This document shows, one piece after another, positions 9,937 to 19,238 of a stretch of DNA of 64,000 nucleotides. The notes beneath the pieces were generated by a model. The model did not search any database. It saw only the letters and a list, made by a program, of their open reading frames with translations, and was not told the DNA's origin. The position numbers were made by a program, and so were the translations under genes. Source of the DNA: an uncultured Acidobacteriota bacterium. GTDB taxonomy: Bacteria; Acidobacteriota; Thermoanaerobaculia; UBA5066. The stretch is from positions 1,600,001 to 1,664,000 of the forward strand of contig CAVZYA010000001.1 in NCBI GenBank assembly GCA_963779415.1, given 5' to 3'. How positions within the stretch are numbered: the first letter of the stretch is position 1; each line of letters starts with the position of its first letter.

Positions 9937-12122
9937 TCAGGCCACCCAGGCGACGCCGACCGCGAGGAGATCCACGCTCGACTTCGGCGGAAGGACGGTG
10001 ACGCTCTCGAAACGGGACGGGTCCGGCGGGGCCACCTTCGCTTCCAGATCGGCGATCTCCGCGCGGAGCGCCTCGACTTTCGCTTCGGCGGCCCCCTCCA
10101 TCCGGTTCTTCGTCAGGACGCTTCCGACCTTCCCCGTCCGGAGGGTCTTCTTCTTCCCGAAGAGCCCGCCGAGGAGGTCGACGGCCGCCGTCGCCATCGC
10201 CGTGAATTTCTCGACCTCTCTCCCCTTTTCCTGGGCCTCGGCGGCCGCGAGATCGCGCCGCTTCTTCTCGAGCTTCTCCTTCAGGGCGGCCGGCGCCGAT
10301 TCGGCGGCGATCCGCCGGGCGAAATCCCCGGCCGGCTCGCCGGGCTTCGAGAGCGCTTTCGTCACCGGATCCCTCAGGAGCGTCGCCTCCAGCTTGTCGG
10401 GAAGGCGGACGGAGAGCGCGTTTTCGAGAGTCTTGATCGCCGACGCGCCAAACCAGGCCGGAAGGCTCGCGTACCGGAGATTCCCTTCGATGGGGGAATT
10501 CAGGAGCTCGGCGGGGGTCGCGTCGAGAACGTCCCCCTCGAGGACGTCCGAGGCCTCCTCGGCCGAGAGAGGGAACAGTTTCACGAGCGTAAGTCTCCGG
10601 AGCCGCCGTCTTCGGATCGACCCTGTAGCGGACGGCGCATTTCGCGTAGAGATAAGGGGTGGCGATCTCGGCCCCCCGCTTCCTGAGCCACTTCGCGATC
10701 CACGGGGCGGGAACCGGCGGCGGGCCCGACGGAGAGGACGACCGGAGCTTCGGCGCCGGCGGCTGCCGCCGGCGCACTCCCCTGGACGCGGGCGATCTCC
10801 TCGCGGGTCATCGGGCCCCTGAGGTAGCTCATCGCCCAGCGCGTCTCCATCAGGACGGCTCCCTTCGCGTGGACGTCGTGGAGGAGAAAGACCCGCTTTC
10901 GCGTCTTTTCGAGGAGCTTCGCCGCGTCGCCGCCCCCCGCATCGGAGAGGCCCGACGAGAGCCGGTCCCGGTCGCGCTCGGTCTGCAGCGTCCCGACCCA
11001 CCAGCAGCCGCAGTTCGCGAGCCCCTTGTAATCGAGGTCGACCGGGTTCTGCGTGGCGAGGACGACACCGACGCCGAAGGCGCGGGCCTGCTTGAGGAGC
11101 GAAAGGAGGGGCGTCTTCGTCGGCGGGCTCGCCGACGGCGGAAAGAAGCCGAAGATCTCGTCGATGTAGAGGAGCGCCTTCAGCGACGAGCTTCCCGGCT
11201 GTGTCCGCATCCACGCCTTGACGCGAGTGAGGAGCGTCGCCACGACGAATAGGCGCTCGGCGTCGCCGAGATGGGCGATGGAGACGATCGAGAGGCGCGG
11301 CCTGCCCGAGGCGCCCGGCGCGAACATCGACGCGACGTCGAGGGCCGCCCCTTTCCGGAACGACGCCGTCGCCGGGGAGGCGGCGACGTTGTTCAGGGCG
11401 AGGACCAGCGCCTGCCGCTCCTTCGCCGGATAAAAGGTCTCGAGAGGAAGGGCCCCCACCGTCGCGAACGGCGGCGACGCCACCGCCCGAACGAGAGACT
11501 CCAGCCGGGCTGTCTCCCCTTTCGCCCAGAGTGCCTCGATGCAGCCCGAAAGGAGAATCAGCTCGCGCGATCGGACCGGATCGGCGTCGATTCCCGCGAG
11601 GCCGAGGACGCCGGAAGCGAACGCGGTGACGACGTCCCGCCGATCCTCCCCGTCGGCATCGGCGGGAGGGGGCGGGCAGGAGCCGACGAGGTCGAGCGGC
11701 AGCCCCGCCGCCCCGCCGGGCGTGTAGATCGTCGCCTCCCGCGAAGCGGCATACGCGGCCACGTCGGACGGGCCGAGCCCCCATCCCGCGAGACCCTCCG
11801 TCCAGCTCTTTGCCTCGCTCTCCGCGCTCTTCCCGGCCGTCGCCTCGACGTACGGCGCGAACTCCTCCGGCGAGAGCTTCGGGAAGGCAAGGAGGAGGTT
11901 TCCGAGGTCTCCCTTCGGATCGACCGCGAGGACCGGGACGCCCGCCTTCAGAAGCTCCTCGATCAGGACGATGCCGAGGGCGGTCTTGCCGCTCCCGGTC
12001 ATCCCGACGACGAGGCCGTGCGTCGTCAGGTCGTCCGGGTCGAACGAAAGGGGATCTCCGGTTGTCTTTCCGGAGGCCGGGTCGACCGATCGGCCGAGGA
12101 AGAGTCTGCCATCTCTCGCCAT
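9937..12122 (-). CDS. HerA/DUF87-like P-loop ATPase; two apparent frameshifts (~10750 and ~10590)
   Basis: Walker A GMTGSGKT, DPKGD, Walker B LLYIDE, LATQNPVDLDYK, RWAMSYLRGP. The C-terminal part continues through two other frames (PPPVPAPW..., then LVKLFPL...GVAWVA). Confidence 0.8.
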
Positions 12123-12190
12123 GTGTTCGAGTCTAGTCAAAAGCCCGGGATTCCTGAGCCGCTTCGTTTATCCTCGCGGCGGTCCGATTC

Positions 12191-15100
12191 ATGAGCCGCT
12201 CCCGCCGCATCGTCCTCCAGGCGTGCTTCTTCTTCTCGGGAGGGGCCGGCCTCGTCTACCAGGTCGTCTGGGGGCGAAAGCTCGCAGCCTTTTTCGGCTC
12301 CACACTGGAAGGGGTGAGCGTCGTCCTCGCCGTCTTCATGGCTGGGCTCGGCGCCGGCGCATTCGTCCTTGGCCGCCGCGCCGACCGGTCGGCCGACCCG
12401 GGACGCCTCTACGGAATCCTCGAGATCCTCATTGGGATATACGGCGCCGCCAGCCTTGCAATCCTCTCTCGCTGGCGTGTCATTTCAGGCGGCTGCCGGC
12501 TCGCTGGAGCGCGGTTTCGCCCTCGTCCTCCTAAAGCTCTCGGCGTCGTTTCTGGCACTCTTCTTCCCCTGCTTCCTCATGGGCGGAACCCTACCCGCCC
12601 TCGTGCGCGTCTTTACGGAGAAGGAGGACGACGCGGCGCGTCCGCTCGGGATCCTTTACGCCCTCAATCTCACCGGTGCGGTCGCGGGCGCGCTCGTCGC
12701 CGGCTTCGCGCTCATCGAGTTTCTGGGACTCCTCCGGACGACGCTCGCGGCCGCCGCAGTCAACCTCCTCGCCGGCGCCGCGGTCCTCGCCATGAGGCGC
12801 CCGGCGGCGAGCGCGGCGAGTCGGACCGCCACGCCCCGGCCGGTCCCGATCCCGGTGGAGGGCCGATCCCGGCGCGAAGCGCTTCTCCTCGCAGGGCTTT
12901 TCGCCTCGGGAGTGCTCCTTTTTTCCGCTGAAGTTGTCTTCACCCGGGTGCTGGCTCTCGTTTTCGGCGTTTCGACCTACGCCTTCACTCTGATCCTCGC
13001 GACGTTCCTCCTCGGACTCGGGCTGGGAGCGATCCTTCTCGCCCATCTCGGCCGCCGCGGCGTTTCGCCCCTGGCCGCGTTTGCCGCCGCCCAGACGGGA
13101 ATGGCACTCGCAGTCCTCGGCGCGCTCGCCTGCATGCCGGTCATTCCCCGGATCGTCCTCCTTCTCCGCCAGATTCCCGAGGCCTCCTTTTGCGAGATCC
13201 TCGTCGGGAAGGCACTCCTCGCCGTGGCGTTGATTCTGCCGGCGGCGGCTCTCGGCGGCGTCGGAACGCCCGCACTTCTCGCCGCGCTCGCTGCGGGACC
13301 GGGACGCGTCGGCCGGCGCGTCGGCGATGGATACCTCGCCAACTGCGCGGGAACGGTCGCCGGCGCACTGCTGACGGGCTTCCTCGCGATTCCAGCGCTT
13401 GGAACCGAGGGAACGCTGAAGGCCGTCGCAGCCGCGAGCGCGCTCACCGGCCTCGCGGCGCTGGCCGGCGCCGAAGTCGGGCGCCTTCGGTGGGCCGGCG
13501 TGGCTGTCGGCGCCGCCGTGGTGGCCGGAAGCCTTCTGGTCCCGGCGTGGCCGGTCTGGCTCTTCCTGAACGCGGACGCCGACGCGCGGAGCTCTGTCTC
13601 GAAGACGCGCCGCGAGTTCGAGGAACGACTTCACGCCTTCCCTTACGAAGTCCTCTTCTTCCGCGAGGGGAGGGAGGCGACCGTCGCGGTGGTTCAGGCG
13701 CCGCGGTTCCGCTCACTCATCGTGAACGGCCATGCGGACGCGTCGGACCACGACGACATGTCGACCCAGCTGATGCTCGCCGTTCTCCCCCTCGGCCTCC
13801 ACCCGGCCCCCGAGGAGGTCCTCGTCGTCGGGTACGGCGCCGGCGTCTCGGCCGAAGCCGCTGCGAGGAGTCCCGGCGTACGGCACGTGGACGTCGTCGA
13901 GATCGAGCCGGCGATCCTCTCCGCCGCGCCGAAGTTCGCCCACGTGAACGGCGGCGTCGAAGCGAACCCGCGCGTCGACGTCATCAGCGACGACGCCCGG
14001 AGCTTCGTCGGCCGGACGCGGCGGACGTGGGACGTCGTCATCTCCGAGCCCTCCAATCCCTGGCGCGCCGGCGTGGCAGCCCTCTACTCCGCCGACTTCT
14101 ACCGCGACCTCAAGAAACACCTCAAGAAGGGCGGCCTCGTCGCCCAATGGATGCATCTCTATGACCTCGACGGGCCGACGCTCCGGATCGTCTTCCGCAC
14201 GCTGACGGCAAGCTTTGCGGACGTGAATGTCTGGTGGCTCGACGAGGGAAACGTCGTCCTCATCGCTTCGGATGCCCCGATCGTTCTCCACACGGAGCGC
14301 CTCCGTGCTCTGCTCGAAGGCCCCTTCAGGGCCGACCGGATCCGGTGGGCACACCTCGAGAGCGCCGATGAGGTTTGGGGCCGCTTTCTCCTCGACCGTT
14401 CGGGGATATTGGGTCTCCTCTCGCCCGGGGATCCCGTTCACGACGACGACCGGCCTGTCCTCGAGTTCCGCGCGCCGCGCGGCGCCTTTCTTGCGGACCC
14501 ATTCATCGCCGAACGGCTCCTGGCCCGCAAGCTGGAGCGTGGCGTGGACCTTCCGCCCGTCGAGGGGCCCGAACCTCCGCCCGCCGCACGCTGGCTCGGC
14601 GTGGCCCGTATGTACGAGCAGATCGAGCGCGGCCCCGAAGCCGCCGCCGCGATTCGCCGGGCCGCGGAGAGCCCGTCGCCCTTCGCCCGTGTCCGCCTCG
14701 CAGAGCTGGCCATCGCAGGCGGGAGGATGCGGGAGGCGGCAGAGCTGCTGACAACCGACGTCACCGCCGGGCGCGGGGGTCCTCCCGACTTCGTGCGGGC
14801 GTTCTCATATGCCGAAGCGCGATTCCTGGCGTCGCAGGGGCAGCTCGACGGTGCGCGCGCGGCATGGGAGAGGAGCGGGGAGATCGAGGGAAGAGCGGGC
14901 CTCGAGCTCCTCTCCGTCCTGGTCTCTTCGGGCCAGAGCGCGACGGCGCTCGCGCTCGCCGAACGCCTCCTCGCCGCGGCCCGGCTCGATGGGCCGATTG
15001 GCGCGCCCGAGGTCCTGCTCGTCTACGACTATCTCGACGAGATCGCGGCGCTCCCCGCGCAGATCGCGGAGGTGGTCCGGATCGTCGAGAGCGTCCCCGA

Positions 15101-15410
15101 GCGAGCGCGCGGTCTGCCCCAGCTGCCGCGCCAGCGCCTGCTCGCAACGCTCTACGAGCGGCAGGGCCGTCCCGCCGACGCTCTCGCCGCCTGCGAGCGC
15201 TGGGGAGAGATCGGGGTCTTCGACGTCGACCTCCTCGCCCTCCGCGCGCGCGTCCTCCGCGCCCTCGGCCGGACCGAAGAGGCCGATCAGGCCCAGGCGG
15301 CGCTCGCTTCGGTCGCGCCCGGCGATGCCCTGCCGCCGGTCCGGAGGCCCCTGCTCGAGTCCCGCTCAGGCGCACCGCTCCCGAGCGCTTCGGGCCCCCG
15401 GCGCCGCTGA
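12191..15410 (+). CDS. Large fused membrane/spermidine synthase-like protein with TPR-like C-terminus; frameshift at ~12464-12470
   Basis: FFSGGAGLVYQVVW start, LMGGTLP, YALNLTGAVAG, VVGYGAG, VVEIEP, DDARSF, SEPSNPW. Adding one CT unit to a (CT)n run joins ORFs 12191 and 12369. Confidence 0.85.
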
Positions 15411-15421
15411 GGAGGAGCCTG

Positions 15422-15808
15422 ATGGAACTGCACGAAGCGTCGCGCCCGCAGCCCGCCATCCGCGTCACGATGCTCCCCCGCGACACGAATGCCAACGGGA
15501 CGATCTTCGGGGGCATCCTCCTCGCCTATCTGGACCAGGCCGGCGCCATCGCGACGCGGGAGCACTGCGAGCGTGTCGTGACGGTGAAGATGACCGAGGT
15601 CGTCTTTCACGAGCCCGTCTACGTCGGAGACGTCGTCAGCTTCTATGCGAAGGTGACGCGGATCGGCCGGACCTCGATTTCCGTCCACGTCGACGTCGAG
15701 TCGGAGCGGTGGACAGGGGACCGGCGCCCCGTGAAGGTGACGGAGGCGGAGATCGTCTACGTGAACGTCGACGGGGACCGCCGGCCCGCCCTGATCCCGT
15801 CCCGCTGA
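15422..15808 (+). CDS. Acyl-CoA thioesterase (YciA-type hotdog fold)
   Basis: MLPRDTNANGTIFGGILLAYLDQAG, F.EPVYVGD, IGRTSI. SD GAGGAG upstream. Confidence 0.92.
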   Translation: MELHEASRPQPAIRVTMLPRDTNANGTIFGGILLAYLDQAGAIATREHCERVVTVKMTEVVFHEPVYVGDVVSFYAKVTRIGRTSISVHVDVESERWTGDRRPVKVTEAEIVYVNVDGDRRPALIPSR

Positions 15809-16021
15809 CCGGCCCTCCCGAGGGAGGCTGAAGTCGCCTTTTCCGAACGAAGATCCATTTCGTTGGTTCGGGAAGACGAATCAATCACTTCTTCGTCGAG
15901 AAACTCCCGGGAACGACGGTCCGGTCGCCACGGCAAGCCGTTGATTCCAGATCGCTTACCTGTGGGGAGAGGCGGGACATGCCGGGCCCTCGAAACGAGC
16001 CGGGATCGGCGGAGTTCTTGC

Positions 16022-16050
16022 TTGAGAGAGAGTTGGAATTCGTTTAGGCT
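16022..16050 (+). promoter_or_regulatory. Sigma70-type promoter of TBDR1
   Basis: TTGAGA, 17 nt, TAGGCT. Conserved at the paralogous position 29235-29263. Confidence 0.7.
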
Positions 16051-16056
16051 TTAGAA

Positions 16057-16219
16057 AGAATCGCGAAAGCTCTTTCCAGAGGGGAATCTGTTCGAATGTC
16101 CATCGTGAGCGTCATCGCTTTTTTCACGCTCGAGCAAGGAGGCAGATATCGGTAAGTCGAGGAGAAGGTAACTCTTGTTCTCGTCTCAAGCATCGAAGAA
16201 AAAAAGAAAGGCAGGTCCT
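16057..16219 (+). ncRNA. Candidate structured 5' leader (cis-regulatory RNA) of TBDR1
   Basis: Conserved blocks and hairpins shared with 29270-29437, e.g. GAGCG-TCAT-CGCTT and the GAGGCAGA...TCTCGTCTC stem. Confidence 0.4.
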
Positions 16220-19141
16220 ATGCAGTTCAAGGAGAAGAAGGGATGGCGCGGGGCCGCGATAGTGGCTCTCGCGCTCCTGTGCGCCTCCGGAATCGCCTTC
16301 GGCCAGGCACAAACCGGAAACCTCTACGTCAAGGCCACGGACGAGCAGGGTGGCGCGCTTCCGGGCGTGAGCGTCACGCTCTCGGGGCCCAGTGCGCCGA
16401 TCACCCAGGTCACGAACGTGAACGGCGAAGTCCGGTTCCTGAATCTGGCTCCCAATGTCTACATCCTCGATTTCGCCCTCCAGGGCTTCCAGAAGATTCA
16501 TCGGACGAACGTGACCGTCTCCCTCGCCAGGAACACGGAACTCCCTGTAACGATGAAGCTCGCCGGCGTGCAGGAGAGCATCGTCGTTGCCGGTGAAAGC
16601 CCGCTTCTCGACACGAAGAAGACCGGCTCGACGGCCACCGTCTCCCAGGTCGAGTTGCAGGACATCCCGTCCGCGCGCGACCCGTGGGTCGTCCTCGCGG
16701 CAGCCCCCGGCGTCATGACCGACCGCGTGAACGTCGGCGGCTCGGAGAGCGGCCAGCAGGCGGTCTATATCGGCAAGGGGGCCGCGACGACCCAGGGCAC
16801 CTGGAACGTCGACGGCGTCAACATCACCGACATGGCCGCCACCGGCTCCTCGGCCATGTACTGGGACTTCGACTCCTTCGCCGAGCTGAACTTCTCGACC
16901 GGCGGCGCCGACGCATCCATCTCGTCGCCCGGCGTCCAGCTCAACATGGTCACGAAGCGCGGGACGAACGACGTCCACGGGTCGGCCCGCTTCTTCTACG
17001 AAGACAAGAACCTGGCCTCCACGAACACTCCCGAGGAGCTGACCAAGCAGACCCCCGGGGGCGGCAACCAGGTCAACCAGCTGCAGGACTACGGCATCGA
17101 GGTGGGGGGACCGGTCATCAAGGACATGCTCTGGCTCTGGGGCAGCGCCAACCAGAATTACATCAACCTTCAGACGGCTGGCGGCAGTGGGGCCACAGAC
17201 GTGACGACCCTGAAGAACTTCGGCGCCAAGCTGAACTTCCAGCCCATCCCGGAGAACAGCTTCTCCGCCCAGTACCTGGATAACAACAAGATCAAGCTCG
17301 GGCGCAATGCCGGCCCGCAGCACCCTCCCCCGTCGACGTGGAACCAGAACGGCCCCGACAAACTCTACAAGCTGGAGGATTCGGAGGTCTTCAGCGCGAA
17401 CGTCTTCGCGACGGCCACGTACGCGCGGGTCATGGGCGGCTTTTCGCTCCTCTCCGTGGGGCGGACTCAGTCGTACGTGGACTCCGCCGGCGTCTACACC
17501 TCGAGCTACCTCGACGAGGTGATCCAGCGGCCGCAGACCCAGTTCGGAGTCACCCCGTCCTTCTTCCTCCGGACCGGGAACGTGGGCCATGAGATCAAGG
17601 CCGGCTTCCAGTACCGGCACACGCCATACAACACCATTTTTTCCTGGCCGCAAGGCATCAAGGGCGTCAACGGCGAGTGGGCCGGAGCCCCATACAACCT
17701 GGCGGGGTTCACCCGGCCGCAGTTGAACAACACGGACTTGAAGACGTACAACGGCTTCGTCTCCGACACGATGACGATCGACAGGCTGACGGTGAACGTC
17801 GGCGTCCGGTACGACTACCAGTGGGGCGAGAACGCGCCCGGAACCGTTCCCCTCGGCGAGTACGACCCGGCGGTCTGGCCGCAGGTCCCGCTGACGGCAC
17901 TCGACATGCCGGGGACTCCTCCGCTCACCTGGAAGGACTGGTCGCCGCGCGTCGGGTTGACGTACGCGCTCGGGCCGGAGAACAAGACGATCCTTCAGGC
18001 GAGCTACGCGCGCTTCGTCAACCAGATGGGCGGCAACTCCGCAAACGTGGGAGCCAACTCCTACTCCGCCGGAATTGCCTACCTCTACTACGAGTGGCAC
18101 GACGCGAACACCAACCGCAGGGTGGATCCGGGCGAGGTCAACTTCAACAACCTCTATTCCTATTACAACTGGGATCCCGCCCATCCGAACTCCGTCACGC
18201 AGTCAATCAACAAGCTCAACTACGACCAGAAGACCCCCAAGACCGACGAATTCATCCTCGGCGTCCAGCACGAGCTGATGCCGGCTTTCGTCGTCGGCGT
18301 GCAGGGGACCTACCGCCACATGACCGACTTCCTGTACAACGCCAGGCTCTCGGCCGACGGGTCGCGGATCCTGACCCCCGCGGACTTCACCTGCACGCAG
18401 GTGGGTCCGTGGCCCGTCCCGCATTCCGACCCGCAGTACGTCCAGCAGTGTGTCGCCAAGCCGGGAGCCGCCGGGGTCAGCACCATCAACACGAACCGGC
18501 CCGGCTACTACCAGAATTACTGGGGCGTCGACTTCAGCGCCGAGAAGCGCTACTCCGACAAGTGGATGGGGCGATTCAACTTCACGTGGAACAACTGGAC
18601 ACAGCACGGAATCGCCGAGGGGCAGGTAAACCCTGCGAACCTCTATCCAACCGGCTCCGAGACCGAGGGGGGTGCCCTGACCTACTCGGGCACCACGTCG
18701 GGGGGCAAGGGCTACGTCTTCGTGAACGCCCCCTGGGTCGCTTCGCTCACCGGAATGTACACGCTGCCGTATGACTTCAACATCTCCACCAACATCTACA
18801 CCCGTTCGGGCTACCCGGCCGAGTACTATCGCGTGGTCTCCGGGACCGGTATCCCGGGCGTCTCCTCGTACAATTACCAGCTCGGGGCGACGGACTTGGT
18901 CCGGCTGCCGACCGTCTTCGAGTGGGACCTTGGCATCAGCAAGGTCGTCAAGGTGGGCCCGCTCGCAATCACGCTCCAGGCCGACTGCTTCAACGTCCTC
19001 AACCGCAACACCCCGCTCCAGCGGACGTCCCGGATCTACGACGCCGCCGGGACTCCGACCCCGACCGACTCGCGCGACAGCACCCTCTACGAGATCCAGT
19101 CGCCGCGGATCTTCCGGTTCGGCGCCCGCCTCGCCTTCTAG
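16220..19141 (+). CDS. TonB-dependent receptor (Oar-like, N-terminal carboxypeptidase-regulatory-like domain)
   Basis: Signal peptide ..AFG/QAQTG, D.QG..LPGVSVTL, plug region (IPSARDPW, NVDGVNITD, NMVTKRGTN), NVGVRYD, C-terminal strand RFGARLAF. Confidence 0.92.
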   Translation: MQFKEKKGWRGAAIVALALLCASGIAFGQAQTGNLYVKATDEQGGALPGVSVTLSGPSAPITQVTNVNGEVRFLNLAPNVYILDFALQGFQKIHRTNVTVSLARNTELPVTMKLAGVQESIVVAGESPLLDTKKTGSTATVSQVELQDIPSARDPWVVLAAAPGVMTDRVNVGGSESGQQAVYIGKGAATTQGTWNVDGVNITDMAATGSSAMYWDFDSFAELNFSTGGADASISSPGVQLNMVTKRGTNDVHGSARFFYEDKNLASTNTPEELTKQTPGGGNQVNQLQDYGIEVGGPVIKDMLWLWGSANQNYINLQTAGGSGATDVTTLKNFGAKLNFQPIPENSFSAQYLDNNKIKLGRNAGPQHPPPSTWNQNGPDKLYKLEDSEVFSANVFATATYARVMGGFSLLSVGRTQSYVDSAGVYTSSYLDEVIQRPQTQFGVTPSFFLRTGNVGHEIKAGFQYRHTPYNTIFSWPQGIKGVNGEWAGAPYNLAGFTRPQLNNTDLKTYNGFVSDTMTIDRLTVNVGVRYDYQWGENAPGTVPLGEYDPAVWPQVPLTALDMPGTPPLTWKDWSPRVGLTYALGPENKTILQASYARFVNQMGGNSANVGANSYSAGIAYLYYEWHDANTNRRVDPGEVNFNNLYSYYNWDPAHPNSVTQSINKLNYDQKTPKTDEFILGVQHELMPAFVVGVQGTYRHMTDFLYNARLSADGSRILTPADFTCTQVGPWPVPHSDPQYVQQCVAKPGAAGVSTINTNRPGYYQNYWGVDFSAEKRYSDKWMGRFNFTWNNWTQHGIAEGQVNPANLYPTGSETEGGALTYSGTTSGGKGYVFVNAPWVASLTGMYTLPYDFNISTNIYTRSGYPAEYYRVVSGTGIPGVSSYNYQLGATDLVRLPTVFEWDLGISKVVKVGPLAITLQADCFNVLNRNTPLQRTSRIYDAAGTPTPTDSRDSTLYEIQSPRIFRFGARLAF

Positions 19142-19168
19142 GAGACGGACGGACTATTCGCTTCCAGC

Positions 19169-19206
19169 ACCCCCGGGCGGCCCGGCCGCCCGGGGGTTTT
19201 CTCTTG
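19169..19206 (+). terminator. Intrinsic terminator after TBDR1
   Basis: ACCCCCGGGCGGC-CCG-GCCGCCCGGGGGT perfect stem followed by TTTCTCTT. Confidence 0.8.
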
Positions 19207-19238
19207 ATGATCGGCCTCGCGGCTGAGAACCTTCGCGC

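Noticed and set aside
9937-12122. HerA-type anti-phage defence system or conjugative VirB4/VirD4
   Set aside because: No adjacent nuclease, SIR2 or T4SS genes. The context is housekeeping and the motifs fit the stand-alone DUF87-like family.
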